Assembly (NCBI GenBank): GCA_964016885.1 | Contig: OZ024750.1 | Location: 19,716,001-19,780,000 of the forward strand | Source: Eledone cirrhosa | Lineage: Eukaryota | Reading direction: 5' to 3' | Length of the DNA: 64,000 nt | Part shown: positions 1-14,921 of the stretch, piece after piece | How positions within the stretch are numbered: position 1 is the first letter of the stretch | Layout of the letters: each line of letters starts with the position of its first letter | The notes under the pieces: model-generated | The model's input: the letters and a program-made list of their open reading frames with translations, nothing else | Databases searched by the model: none | What the model was told of the DNA's origin: nothing | Made by a program: the position numbers and the translations under genes

Positions 1-64
1 ATATATATATATATATATATATACAAAAAAGACCTTATATATATAAATATTTTCCATTATGTTA

Positions 65-250
65 TGGATTGGCAGTATCGGTAGAGGGTCAGACGCCATG
101 CTTTGAAACACAGAGTTATGTCTCTTTACGATCTGAGTTCAAATCTCGCCGAGGTTAACTTTGCTTTTCATCCTTACGGGGTCGATAAAATAAAGTACCA
201 GTAGTGCACTGGGTAATTGCTGGCTTTGTGCCAAAAGTAGAAACAATTAT
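65..250 (+). mobile_element. tRNA-derived SINE family A, near full length
   Basis: A-box-like TGGCAGTATCGG, B-box-like GAGTTCAAATC, central GCYTTTCATCCTTACGGGGTCGATAAAATAAAGTACCAG, tail GTGCCAAAAGTAGAAACAATTAT; many copies in window. Confidence 0.85.
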
Positions 251-2225
251 GTTATTTCCCCAACCATACACACTAACCAACCTACTCCCAACCATACTAC
301 TTCCTTCTCCTGAACCTAGTATGTCCAGATACACTTACCATTCTCTGACACCCCATATTCTCCACCAAGCCTAACTATAATAAATTCAATCAAAGCACTA
401 CCTGCAGTAGTGACCTATTTTCTCTCACTCTACAAATATTACTATACACTTGGGTAGTCTTTCTGGGCACAGAAGTCGAAAGCGCTTGGCGCTGCAGTTG
501 GGATTTTCCATCTCTCGCTCTCGTTCGCTCTCTCTCTTTCTGTATACATACACACACACACACATACACATATATTTATGTATATTAATATACACATATA
601 TTTATGTACACATATATTTACATAGGATCATTTTTCATAAAATATTTTTTATAATGATTTTATTTTTTCGTTAGCAAATATGCTCACTTGAAGTTGACTC
701 CAAAACAAAAGGTTTCATAAAACTGATTTGTAATTATGAATGGAATGGTTAGATGCCTCCAGAGTTAACGGCGATATATCACATGCATGCCACTTAGCTA
801 GTAGCAGTAGTGACTGTTTCACTAACATTTCTCATATTACTAAGAGATACGGATACATTTACTGGGCTTCTATGACAATAATATCATTATTGTCATGTAT
901 GTAGCCTGATATTGTGATTTCATTAATTACATATTTTCCTTGCAATTGGTCACAGGATATGCACTTTTAAGAGCAATCAATTTTATTTGCATTATCTCGT
1001 TGCTCATCAAAACTGTGACTAGTGTTTTCTTTTCATGCGGTTACTAAATCATAGAAAATACAACATTAATTCTGTGATCTCTCGTGTTTTGCATTGCAAG
1101 TGATAAATGTTGCTTTATTGTTACTAAACACTAACGGAATGGTGAATATGTTATGCTAGATGATTGCTAAATAGATGAGCTGAAACAGTTAGTAGTTATT
1201 TAAAAATACGTCTGCTACATTCTATGTAATATTTATGTGTTTTTGCTGTTTAGTCACAAGGAGAAACACAGTACACCCAACAACTGTCAGAGACTAATAT
1301 GTATAGGGAGAAAATATTCTGGAAACCTGGTCCAAATGACTGCAACCGAGTAGACTGCACCTACAGGGACAGTTTAAGTCTATCATGTGAGTGTACAACA
1401 TCATTATATAAATTCAGAGCACAGAGAAACGAAGCCAAAATCACGAATTCTTTTACTGCACGCGGTGAAAATTTTAAGGGTGGACAGTAAACTTTAAAAT
1501 TCATAATGTCTCTAGCACACCTGGAAAGTATATATTTCCAACAATGCCTATACTATTTTCCTTGCATTTCAGTGTACGTCAGAGTATATAAGAATACTAA
1601 CATTTATGAAAGCATGAAATATAAATATAAATCTGAAATGAAATTGCAAGCAATCTACAGTTATATAAATCGCGTGGAAATGATTAATTTCAGATTCATT
1701 AAGAATGACACGGGCAAATGTATCGGATGAAAAATGTTTACACCATTTCAGCCTATTATCTAATTAATTACAATCCATATTCCTATAGCGTATTTTACTT
1801 ATTTACGATTCTGTGCAAATTGCTTTATATACTACTGCGCCTTCCTCATAAATCTGCTTCAAAATATACAGGACGCTCTGTTTCTCCCTATGGACATGCA
1901 AAATGAATTCAAAATCTATTCTTAGCTCAGAATTTCTAGATCGTTGTGCTAAATATGTTTAGATATTTACCTAGATCTCTATTCCGAGAAGGTTACGTTA
2001 AATTTATTTTCATTTATCATCATAAACCATGACGACATTAAACGATGACGTCTACCTATTTTGACATGAACAGACTACGAACAAATCCACTTCTTAAAAA
2101 AAGTTTCTTATAAACATGAATATGTTAAAATATAAAGAAAATGTTAAGACGTACACATATGTCATTTATCGCCAATAACAGATACATTTTCAACAGCTTT
2201 AAGTCATAGAACAACACCACTTATG

Positions 2226-2280
<55 letters not shown>

Positions 2281-2377
2281 CTGTGTCTGTTTATAATATA
2301 TAAAATTTGTATATGTATCTCTATAATATATTATTATATAATACCATATCATATGTATACAGACACGCACACCACAC

Positions 2378-2443
<66 letters not shown>

Positions 2444-2596
2444 TGTGTTTTTACCTTATTTTTTCTAATTCTATCCATCAAGTTGTCAACATATTGAAAT
2501 GAAACTAATGAAACTGTCAAAATCGCAGTCTCCTGTAACTGAGAGTAGTGATTGAAATACGATGGCGAATTCTTCCTTTTCTCACTCTCTGTCATT

Positions 2597-2736
<140 letters not shown>

Positions 2737-3987
2737 ATTTGAGTTATTAGTAAATTATTATTACTATATCTCTGAAGAGAATTCCTTGACATATACCTAT
2801 TAAAAGCCTGCATTGAAGTAGCCTAAATAAATCACCTTTGTTTTGTATCTCTAGAAATGATAGATAGAATCACATTTACTTTCAAATAAAATGATTGTCA
2901 ACTCATCTTAAGTTATAAATTAATAGTGATACTAGCCATGTTGCCTATCATCTAACATGTTTTTCTTATTCCTTTTATGACAAAATATAAATATAAAAGA
3001 AAGCAACCATAGCTATCATATATCATTCGGTATCATTTTGTTGTTGTTTATCTTATGTTACTGGTGGTGATTCTTCATGTTTTTTCTTTTGTTTATATAC
3101 CTAGATGTTCATGTCAAGACTTTTTATTTCTCAGCAATCATCAGGTTTTATTTTCGCCTTATTGCTTTTATTTTTCTATTTAGTAGAAACACACTGAAAT
3201 ATTGTAAGGTATGAGTTTTGTACTGACTGAAGTAGCGTTGAAATGAATTACAAGCAAATGTAAAAGAAAAAAAAAATCTTACAACCAAAATAACGAATAT
3301 TTCCATTAATCAGAGAGAGCGAAAACAGAAAATAGAAAGAGATAAGCTGTCAACTTTAATACATTATTGTATTTGAAATGGTTTTAAAATTTTAAGATAC
3401 ATTTCAGTGTTATGTTGAAGAACCAACTTTCATTTTCACTTTTAAAAAATTACGAATAAAATTTTACAGATTTAATATTATAAACAATATGTTCATGGCA
3501 ATAGACATGGCAGTGTAGTTGCACATTTCGCTTGGTTTGGTCTCCATGCGGGGATCCAAAAATCATCAATAAATCTTACAGGGAAAGTGGTGAATTCCCT
3601 TAGATGTACATAGACAAAAACATATCATTTTATTCATTTACTGGTTTCATCCACGGAAAGGATGTCATTCTTGGGCACCATTTGTTTATATTCAACATCA
3701 GTACTTATTTCATAGATATATCTTTCGTTCTAACGCTGTTACGTGACATAAACATTCACTTAGACTTATACATAGTCAGAAAGGCACATATAGGTATATA
3801 AATATATATGTCTGTGTGTGTATGCTTTGTCTGTGTGAGTGTTTTCAAGTGTGATTACATCTATATCATATAACGAATAGGGGATTTCAAAGCTCTTTCA
3901 TCGCACATACTCTGACCTCCTCAGTGACTACCTCTGTTGTTATTTTGTGTCCCTCCTTTGTTCTGGATGTACAACCGTCGCAAACTA

Positions 3988-4025
3988 TACTACTACTACT
4001 ACTACTACTACTTCTACACTACTAC

Positions 4026-4120
<95 letters not shown>

Positions 4121-4140
4121 ATAATAATAATAATAATAAT
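3988..4140. repeat. (TAC)n followed by (AAT)n microsatellite
   Basis: Read directly. Confidence 0.95.
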
Positions 4141-4290
4141 GTTTTCTTTATTAACCACAAGGGTTCACATAAAGTAGACATTAAGGACAGTACAGGACAA
4201 TACAGGACGGTACAAATGGGCATTTCTGCGTGTAAAAAAACAGAGGTTGAAATAAAATAACAAAGAAAAATTCCCCAATAGGGGGGAGAC
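4141..4290 (-). mobile_element. 3' end fragment of a probable L1/Tx1-like LINE
   Basis: Minus strand ends CCCTTGTGGTTAATAAAGAAAAC then (ATT)n, resembling the terminus CCCTGGTGGCAAATAAAAGAAAC of the LINE at 22915-24550. Confidence 0.45.
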
Positions 4291-4371
4291 TTCCAATAAT
4301 AATAATAATAATAACTGTTTCTACTTTTGGCACAAGGCCAATTACTACTACTGCTACTAATAATAAAAATG

Positions 4372-4442
<71 letters not shown>

Positions 4443-4449
<7 letters not shown>

Positions 4450-4977
4450 TAATGATATGACAGGAGGCTGGATTTTTGTAAATCCTTGAAAGGTATATTA
4501 TAATATGATCATTTCAATGACCGGGTTCCGTATGAATCCGGTGATATCATCAGGTATTCGAAATATAATACGTGAATGTAATAGATAAAATCCATGGGGC
4601 TGAAAATCAAGGACCCGAGGGCGACCGCCATCCAGCAACTTCTACCTTTGCCGGTCGCCCTCGAGTGACGGGTCCTTGATTTTCTGCCCTATGGATTTGG
4701 TCTATTACATTCACGTATTATATTTCGAATACCTGATGATAACACCAGATTCATACAGAAACCGGTCATTGAAATGATCATAGTATAATAAACCTTTCAA
4801 GGATTTACACAAATCCAGCCTCCTGTCATTTCATTATAATATTTAACTCCGTAATAGCACCACCAACTACAAAAACAAAGACGGTTGAACTGCTTTACGT
4901 TGAGTATTCTTTATATTATTACATTGCGATTGACCATACGGAATTGACCAGCTCTATTCAGTGGTGAACCTCAAACC

Positions 4978-4980
<3 letters not shown>
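4443..4980 (+). mobile_element. Fold-back element between (TA)n tracts, probable Penelope-like pLTR derivative
   Basis: Inverted arms about 4443-4627 and 4652-4843, unique tail to 4980; CTGATGA (4733) ... GAAACCGGTC (4758-4767) in the long arm. Confidence 0.7.
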
Positions 4981-5072
<92 letters not shown>

Positions 5073-5559
5073 CTCTGTTTACATCTCTGTCTCGTCTCTT
5101 ATGTTCTTTTCGACAAAATGATTGATAAAACGTGTATTGGAATCGATTTAAATCAAATAAATCAAAGGTGTGCACCAGCATGGCCGTATTCAAGTGATTG
5201 CAATTATTAAAAAAAAAATGCTTTCGCAATTTTTATTCTCAGTTATGGAAATAAATGTCTTAATTATATATTTAATCATTCATATTTAAATCTCATTTAA
5301 ATATCTAATCTTTCATATTTAGATCTCTTTAATCAAATATCTGATGATTAATATTTTAATTCTTTTCCTTGATTGTACTCTTCTCAACTTTAGACACATT
5401 TTCTTATGTATCAAATCGAATTATACATAAGAACTGTAATTAAACAGAATCTCATTAATGATATTTTATATATATTATGCATGGACACGATTTCTGTAAT
5501 TCGACTGGAATTTTCTTCAATCAGTTTCGACAATGAAAGATCCTGTTGTTCGCTCAGTC

Positions 5560-5808
5560 GAACGGCCTTCTCGGAAAATTGTCATCAACATGGTTAAGCC
5601 TTCCACTAACATGCATAACTCTAACGTTACTTACTCTCAGGAAGATTCGGCGTGACACAGATGTGACATGGCTGGCCTTCTGAGAACGGCCTTCTCGGAA
5701 AATTGTCATCAACATGGTTAAGCCTTCCACTAACATGCATAACTCTAACGTTACTTACTCTCAGGAAGATTCGGCGTGACACAGATGTGACATGGCTGGC
5801 CTTCTGAG
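5560..5808. repeat. Tandem duplication, 124-bp period
   Basis: GAACGGCCTTCTCGG...GGCTGGCCTTCTGAG starts at 5560 and again at 5684. Confidence 0.9.
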
Positions 5809-6294
5809 TTATATCTATATACCACCTATCAGGCTTCCAAATAATGGCCGTCTACCTAGTATTTGATGACGTAGAACTATGGCAAATGTTTGAAATGTAA
5901 CCTTCCTGCCAATTTGTTAAAAAGACTATGAGAGTGGCGTTCACGATCTGAGTGAACGTATATGTTCTAAATATGCTCCTGAATATTGGAGAAGGATTGT
6001 CGGTTGGGGAACCTACTCAAGCGGTCAAGATAGCCGTGATGTTTCGCAGTTTACTTCCCGAAATACACTCGGATGTCACCTGCCGAGTATTGCAGAATTT
6101 ACGTTTGTTTCATATATTTAGACTTATCACAATATTTACAAAAAAAATAAAACCCCCCAAAACCCAAAACAACTAGCTATACCACTCAATACTGTCATAT
6201 ACAGCTACGCTTCATCCTTTCCCATCCTTTGTCATATTTAATATTTTCTTAATATCAGCTCAGTTTGGGTAAAAAAAAAACCATTACTAATATT

Positions 6295-6373
6295 ACTGTT
6301 GTTGTTGTTGTCGTTGATGTTGTTGTTGTTGCTGATGTTGTTGATGTTGTTGTTGTTGTTGTTGTTGTTGTTA
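6295..6373. repeat. (GTT)n microsatellite
   Basis: Read directly. Confidence 0.9.
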
Positions 6374-6748
6374 CTATACTGATGGTGATGAGAAATGTAT
6401 AACATGTGAGGATATGATATTAACAGAAATACTAATAGTAGCTCCAGGGAGGAACATTTTAACATATTCTAATTTAAAAAAAAAAACCACATATCAAACG
6501 AGAAACGAATCAATTTCGATTCATTTGATTTAAAAAAATGCTTAATGGAATTGAATTCTCTCTAAAATTATTGATTAGTAAAGTGACCCCTGAAGATATG
6601 CTTTGAACCATTTTCTGTGTTGCTTATTTTTTTATAGATAAATATTTATTATTATTAAACTTGTAAAATGTGCATCATCTCACATTCTTACACTCTACTA
6701 CAATGTGTTTGTGCAACACAGGAACACATCCAAAATAAATATATAAAA

Positions 6749-6856
6749 GCAGGCATAGCTCTGTGGTTAAGAAGTTCAATATACAATCTCATAGTATCGA
6801 ATTCAGCTTCCCTGCATTGCAGCTCGAGGTCTGTCTTCTACTACAATACCTCCGGT
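6749..6856 (+). mobile_element. Degenerate tRNA-derived SINE head (second family, CORE-type)
   Basis: A-box-like TAGCTCTGTGGTTAAG, decayed B box, downstream TGTCTTCTACTA. Confidence 0.4.
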
Positions 6857-7181
6857 AAGCATTTAGTTTGTCCGTTCATATAAACTTTACACGTTTTCCT
6901 AAACAAATATATCCCTCATTACTGATAATTCCACTACTAATATAACCCATGTGTCTCGTGTGGACAGACCTGCTCAGTAGATGGGCTTCTTCGGTTGGAG
7001 GTTCGTAGATATTGTCGGAGGGATAGGATGTGACACAGAAATGATGTCTAGAATGATGCGAAGCCTCTGCCTCCCTGCTCACGTTTCAAGCAGAAAGGTG
7101 TGTCACTCTTGATGTAGAAGTATCCGGATGTTTCGGGTTTTAACATACGTATGTATGTATGAATGTATATATGTATATGCT

Positions 7182-7320
7182 CTGAGAGTGGGATTGGTCA
7201 AGTGCAAGGCCTTTCCCACTTAACAAAACATTCAAAGCACAGGCATTGCTTGTTTAGGGGCTGTTATAGGGCCGTGTGGCTGGCCGTAGCCTAAAAGTGC
7301 ACCTTTTTCTGGTGCAATAC
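7182..7320 (+). repeat. Dispersed repeat
   Basis: Reverse-complement homolog at about 30937-31068; partial homolog at 44835-44902 (AGAGTGGGA...AGCACAGGCATTGCTT). Confidence 0.7.
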
Positions 7321-8265
7321 TCTTGTAATACGCTTAGAACAGTTTGCAGTCTTCTTATATACATATATGTGTAAGTATCTATGCATTGTATGATCCCTTA
7401 ACTCCTGATGGAGTCGTAGGGGCACCGTATAGCCATATGTCATTTCATGGGCATCATAAGCCTGGCGGAGCCCACCCTTCTCCTGGCCATGTATGCATGC
7501 AACTATACATATATGTGTTCAGTAAAGATTTGTTTGCGATATATTCGGTAATCCATAATTAAATTCATGAATGCCTGCAACTTAGTAGTTATATCGTTAA
7601 ATTCCCGGACCCGGTGATGCATGGTGTCCTTCAGCCAGACTCATTTGTTCCCGTTGCTTCAATCTACTTAGCTGCTAGAAAAAACATTTATATTCGTAAA
7701 ACAAAGAGCCAGCAATGACAGGCACTGTCTCACGCTGAATCTTACCGCAACCTACCTTAAGGGTATACTTGTCTTTGAAATGTCAATCACTTGTATGATT
7801 AATTCTCGAATATACTGTACCTATATTTGAACCACTGTTGGTGGTCCAAAACTCGTCTCTCTCTTAATTTGCTATGTTATGTATACCATAAATATATTTT
7901 CACTTCAATATTTAATGGTATATGTGCACATGTGAGTTCTTTGTGCAAAAATATGTGATTGCATTGTTATATATAATCATATATAATCTCTCCCCTCCAT
8001 ACATCAAATGTTAGATATTCTTACTCATGTATATATAATTTCCGTACAGGTAGATATTATATAAACATATTTACTGACCTCATGATTATATAATATGGTC
8101 TACATTGATTGTATTGTGTTTCAGGATTATGATGTATAAACCCAAGTTTATTGTATGTATCTACATTTTATGACATTTCTTCTATCTCCATTTCTCTCTC
8201 TTTCGCTCTCCACCTATCATTCTAAATATCCCCTTCCCAACATATCTATATATATATCTCTTTCA

Positions 8266-8297
<32 letters not shown>

Positions 8298-8799
8298 TCT
8301 CTTTATATATATATATACATCGACACACACACATACACACAAATACATACACACATAAACACTAAAATACTCGCACACATATACATATCTATGTAGTTGT
8401 AGCACGTATCTAAACTTATCGAAAGTAGACTATCGCCAAATATCTGTGATTGTGTTGTTTTAAGAACTTCTTAGATAATTACTTGTGTTAAAATAACAAT
8501 TAATACCCAGATGTCTACCTTTCAAGTACAGTTTAACGTTAACATTAATATTTGTGTTTATGTTTCATAGTTAATATTATAAAAGTGAACATTATTCAAA
8601 CCAGACGTAAGATGGTCTTTTGAAACACTTCTGAAATGACTACACCAGTTCGACTCCACACCCATTTCTGTTCATACACGTCCCAACGATGAACATAATA
8701 TTATCACATCTGCATCCAGTCATTAATCTAGTATTTTCTTTCTGTAACAGGAGTATAGTGTTAAAAATATCTAATGAATCAACGACCAAAAATTACTTC

Positions 8800-9160
8800 T
8801 AAAATACACCAAACTGTCTCAATGCATCTGATGGAACTCAGATTTGGAGATAGACTTTTGATGCTTCGTTCTTGTTAAGTAATTTGACAGATCACTTTGT
8901 GTTTTTATACATAAATCCACATTGCATCAGGTTTTTGAAGAAAAGAATTCGTGATAGATGTTGTCTCTCATTCAATTCATGTGGTACACTTAACCATTCT
9001 TTTTTCATTTTTCAGTTGGTATTTTTCTCTTTTCAGTTGGTATCAAATGTCTAGAAATTGTTGCTTTGGATGTTCCATTATCGCGTGCAAAGTTACAGGC
9101 GGTTCTATGAGTTTCTATATCAACGACTTCATCGAGAGTTTGCCTCCTTTCAGTATGCAT
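8800..9160 (-). pseudogene. Decayed mariner transposase fragment
   Basis: Minus-strand frames give SKATISRHL (HTH), VPHELNERQ (WVPHEL motif, 8973-8987), and DAMWI...YKNTK*S...NKNEA resembling the DEKWILYDN region; stops and frameshifts present. Confidence 0.7.
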
Positions 9161-9543
9161 GAAGGCATCAGGATACATCCAGGCAATTATACATCCAGGC
9201 AATTATATAAGTGAAACGAATTTATTTGGAGGAAACAAAATGGCGTTGCTTAATGTGACTCTGTTTTCCCTGCACACAAGATATGGTTGAGTGGCGAGCG
9301 TTGGAATGTTTCCGTTCATAAAACTGCTTAATACAGTCTGACAAAATATAAAGAAAATAAATCACACGAGAGGGAACGCACACCAACTCCCCAATGACAT
9401 ATGGATATTAGATTAAAGTAAAATATTACCGGCCACCCTGAGTTTAAAGTATAAAATCATTTAACACTTGCTGAAAGTGGTTGGAAAGCTAACATATTAA
9501 ATAGACGGCTATTGTGATACATACAGACACACACACATACATT

Positions 9544-9620
<77 letters not shown>

Positions 9621-9625
<5 letters not shown>

Positions 9626-9715
9626 ACAGACCTTGCATCTCAACTCTACTTTTGAAAAGCAGAAGAACTGCCATACCGGTTATTTTTCATTTTGCACAAT
9701 AAACCTCACTTTCTA
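9621..9715 (+). mobile_element. Internally deleted copy of the 18765-19099 element family
   Basis: Reverse complement matches 18765-18804 joined directly to 18908-18967. Confidence 0.75.
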
Positions 9716-9784
9716 ATAATAATAATAATAATAACAATAATAATAATATGTATATATATATATGTGTATATATATATACATATA

Positions 9785-9884
<100 letters not shown>

Positions 9885-9898
9885 TATATATATATATG

Positions 9899-9967
<69 letters not shown>

Positions 9968-10641
9968 GCATACACACACGCACAGGAACCTGTATATACA
10001 TCTATACATCTATATAGATATATTCATACATATGAGTATGTGTGTGTATATGTGTATGTGTGTGTGGGCACGTGTGTGTTTCGACACTGTGATAAAAAGT
10101 AGATATAGATCATGATAATAATATCCACTCTAAATTCTGGATTCTTTATATTATGACATATTAAATTACATCCAACAAACACATGGTAGAACACATAAAA
10201 ATAGAATTAATAGTAGATTTACTCTGAGAATTATACAGATGTGAGGCATATAATGTAGAAGATGTAAACACATAACAATCACACATAAAATCTGCATCTT
10301 TCGAAAGAAATAAAAAGTAACTTGAAAATATAGTATTAAATAATTCTTAACGGAATCATATTGTTTATAGGTATGTAATAAACATTCTAAGGTTAGAAAA
10401 TTAGAATGCTTGCATTATGCTTTCTAGCTCTCATAGTTCAAATCAGGCCAAGAGTTACTTTGCTTTTCATCCTTTCGACAACGGGAAATATATTAACATG
10501 TGCAAACTATTCTAAATAACACTGTGTTAAGTCTATCGCTAGATAATCCTAGCCAATAAAACATGAATTATATGTAAACGAGTTATCATGATCAAATAGT
10601 TTCCCGCATTACCAACCTTGATGTGGCTGTGTAAGTAAGAA

Positions 10642-10678
10642 TCTGCTGAAGATGGCTAATAAATTCGAAATATACAGA
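10642..10678 (+). ncRNA. Minimal hammerhead-like motif
   Basis: TCTG-CTGAAGA-N14-GAAA-TA-TA-CAGA; 4-bp stem I, poor stem II. Confidence 0.35.
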
Positions 10679-10750
10679 ACTCTTCAGCTTGCACTGTTAT
10701 ATTCTCACAATACAATATAAATACGTTAATTATATAAACACACTCTAGAG

Positions 10751-10836
<86 letters not shown>

Positions 10837-10838
<2 letters not shown>

Positions 10839-10942
10839 ACTAGAAATAGATTAACATAAATAAACCTGAATAATCACAGGAGATAATTTTTACAAGTGTG
10901 TAAGCACACATAGCTAGGTAGGTAACTAAATAAAGTTAACCA
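10837..10942 (+). repeat. (TA)n-adjacent dispersed repeat
   Basis: AATCACAGG...TAAGCACACA...GTAGGTAAC recurs at about 17618-17691 and 42690-42800. Confidence 0.7.
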
Positions 10943-11281
10943 GAACTTCAAAAATAGATAGCTTATAATATCATTAATCTTCCCTGTAATATCATTAATC
11001 TTCCATTAAAGAAATATATTTCACCAATTGATCGAATGGTAAACCACGGATGCCAATACTTGGATTTTCAACAAGGAAGAAGTTTCAGCAATCTATGTTT
11101 AGACATCAAGTTCAAATCAGCGTCTGGCCAACAACACGTGCTGTATCTACTAGAAATACACACATCATACCAGCTTCGTCCCAGTGGCGCGAATAGGGTT
11201 ATCGACAACTAGAAACAGCAGTCAAGTCCTTTCAACAGAGTTAGCTCTACAATTAAGGAGCCGTATTTATATATCTATATC

Positions 11282-11470
11282 CAAAATTAAGATATATCAA
11301 AATGAATTTAATCTAAATCAAAATTATGGTTGTCATGCCAGAAAGACATGCGCCATATCACACTTTAGAATCTTAGAGCTTATTTTGCGGGTGATATGGC
11401 GCATGTCTATCTGGCATGACACCCATAATTTTGATTTAGATTAAATTCATTTTGATTTATCTTAATTTTG
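11282..11470. mobile_element. Fold-back element, 80-bp arms and 29-nt loop
   Basis: 11282-11361 is the near-perfect reverse complement of 11391-11470; TA-rich flanks. Confidence 0.8.
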
Positions 11471-11885
11471 TATATATATATATATATATATATAAAGTTA
11501 TGGAACAAAATGTGCTGTGTGGTTACTAAAAACAAGATTTAGGATGGTGGTTAGGAGGGAAGAAAAGTAGAAAGGAAGAAAGGAGTTTCCATCGTCAGCT
11601 GTAAATGTATCCAGAACCGTTGTTTCGGCATATATATATATATATATATATATGCAAATATATATATATATATACGATATTAACAAATGGAAACTATATT
11701 TAAAAACCATATTTATTTCATTATACATATTTCCAGGACACCAAGTTAAATTATGGTGTGCTTTCATCAGATAAAATAAAATATAGAGCAGTTTCATAAA
11801 TAAATATTGACATACCCTTAAAGAATGCAACCATTACTGTTGGAACCTCCAAGATAATTATATCAGTTATAAAATATATATATAT

Positions 11886-11987
11886 ATTTATTAAAATAAC
11901 TCTACGGTTCTTATATATTTGATATATATTTATCCTTATCGAGGCCTCTTTGGATTTTAGTCTTCAAATTTATTATTATTAACTACT
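11886..11987 (+). mobile_element. Family B (TA)n-inserted element with short 5' inversion
   Basis: Inverted TATTTATTAAAATAAC joined to the forward 3' part CTCTACGGTTCTT...TTATTATTA; colinear copy at 39519-39661. Confidence 0.7.
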
Positions 11988-12568
11988 ATATATATATATA
12001 TATGTGTGTGTGGGAGTGCCCGTACGTACATGTATGTGTGCGAGAGAAGGGATTATGTCTGAGTGTCAGTTTATTTCTGTGCTTGAAACCCTAACACTTC
12101 TTATGCTTCATATATTTGCCAATGCATACTATATTGAATATAAAAGAAAAGTTGCAAGTGAAAGCGACACGAGAAAAAAAGAAAGATAATAACAACACAC
12201 ACTCACATACGCATGCACACAAACAAACACCTGCACACATACAATATGTTCTATATAACATATATTGGGTTTTTAACCATGCTGAGGAGACAAGAGACAA
12301 CGATGGACTAGTGTTTGTTATATATATACCAAGGGAAATGAAAACTAATCATGTGCGAGAATAGTAATTTACATTTGCCACAACTAATACAGCGCACTGT
12401 CCTTCATTGTCATCGTGTATGCTTTCCTATGTTATTTCGCTATAACTCGCAACCTAATATCGTTACCAACAACATGCTAATTCCCATAAGTATATATTCT
12501 TATATAAGTCTTTTATTTTTTTCTAGAATTAATATGAATATATGTATGCATGTATATAAGTACGTATG

Positions 12569-12602
<34 letters not shown>

Positions 12603-12846
12603 TGTATGTATGTATGTATGTATGAATGTATCTATGTTAGTACGTATGTATGTAAGTATATATGTATCTTCGTATGTATGTATGTATAAATGTATGTATG
12701 TAAGTATATGTGTATCTCTGTATGTATGCATGTATGCATGTATATAAGTATGTATGTATATATGAATGTATGCATGTATGAACGTATATATGTATGTATG
12801 AATATGTGGATGTATGAATGTATTTGAGTATGCAGATGTATATATT

Positions 12847-12928
<82 letters not shown>

Positions 12929-12938
12929 CATATATGTG

Positions 12939-13123
<185 letters not shown>

Positions 13124-13356
13124 GTGTGAGTGTGTGTGCAAATATATATATAATAATGTAGACACGATGTCTCTGTAATGCGTTCCTTTATTTCGTATCT
13201 ACATAAAAGTGAAGAAATGTGTATATACCACTGGACGTGTATATAATGATTATTTTGAAATCGTGTGGGAAGTAATGTTCCATTACGTCATACAGATTAA
13301 GAATGTCACATAAATCGATCGATCTATTTATATCTATCTCTCTCTCTATAGATATA

Positions 13357-13413
<57 letters not shown>

Positions 13414-13669
13414 GATATATATATATATGTATGTAGATATATATATTATTCTTTTAAATATATATATATATATATATTATATATATACACAGAGTGTGTG
13501 TGAGGGAGAAACGTCTGTTTCAATATATTCGTGTATGCACAATGGATTTAACAATAAATTCTTCATGTAGTACACATCGTATAATACTTTCATCTGCAAT
13601 AGAGACTATCATTAACAATATGCATTTACATATATATATAATATATATAGATAGATATAAGAATGTATG

Positions 13670-13711
<42 letters not shown>

Positions 13712-13736
13712 AATGTATGTATGCATGTATACACAC

Positions 13737-13843
<107 letters not shown>

Positions 13844-14055
13844 TGTATACATGCAGGAGAATAGGTAAATGTACATATACATATGTGTACGTTCGCAGAA
13901 TACAATTTTAAATCTGCTCTGTTTGCAATAAAACGTTGTCAAAATAAATATTGCTTGTGATCCATTCAAACAAAATAAGCACACACAATCGAACACGGAC
14001 ATAAGCAAAGAAACACACGTGCACATTCATACACACACAGACAGGCACACCCACC

Positions 14056-14092
<37 letters not shown>

Positions 14093-14150
14093 TCACGCAC
14101 ATATACATATATATATAATTCAAGGAAATGACAAAAGAGAAATATAAAAC

Positions 14151-14192
<42 letters not shown>

Positions 14193-14535
14193 ATATATAT
14201 ATATATATATATATATGTGCATGCATATATATATATATATATATATATGCATGCACAATTACATGCATACAATAAAACAGTATCTGTTTATATTTTTTTA
14301 AGGTGAATACATTGGTGACTATTTTATTCAGCTCCACAAAATATGGTTACACTATTGAATCATAATTCGGTTAAATATACCAACAATGTATAATGGAGTT
14401 TACTTCGATTACATAAAGAAAATATGTGATGTCCTCAAGCATTAGTAATTGCAGAAAACAACTGTACATTCATAAAAAATAGAAGGTCATTTAAATCGAT
14501 ACTTGAATCATGTACAATGAAAGAAACACACCCAG

Positions 14536-14575
<40 letters not shown>

Positions 14576-14578
14576 ATC

Positions 14579-14622
<44 letters not shown>

Positions 14623-14837
14623 GCTCTCTCTCTCTCTCAATCTCTCTTTCTCTCTCTCTCGCTCTCTCCCTCTCTCTCTATATATTTATAATTTAATTGA
14701 TCAAAAGAACATCTATTTTATTAATATTTGTATTTTAATATTAATAACTCTGGAAAACTATTTTACTGTAGAGTGCTTCCAATCTACTGTAAAACTGATT
14801 CTTTGAAATACTCATTGAATCTTGTTTAACTCTTTAA

Positions 14838-14918
<81 letters not shown>

Positions 14919-14921
<3 letters not shown>

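Noticed and set aside
65-250. tRNA gene
   Set aside because: A and B boxes are present, but no cloverleaf could be built and the sequence is part of a multicopy SINE with TSDs.
4653-4667. 15-nt identity GGTCGCCCTCGAGTG with 14921-14935
   Set aside because: Does not extend on either side and the 31312 homolog differs; cannot be separated from chance.
11282-11470. Classical MITE or pre-miRNA interpretation of the hairpins
   Set aside because: Most hairpins have one-sided tails and variable fold-back points, unlike TIR elements; no expression data to support miRNA. Not excluded for this particular symmetric copy.
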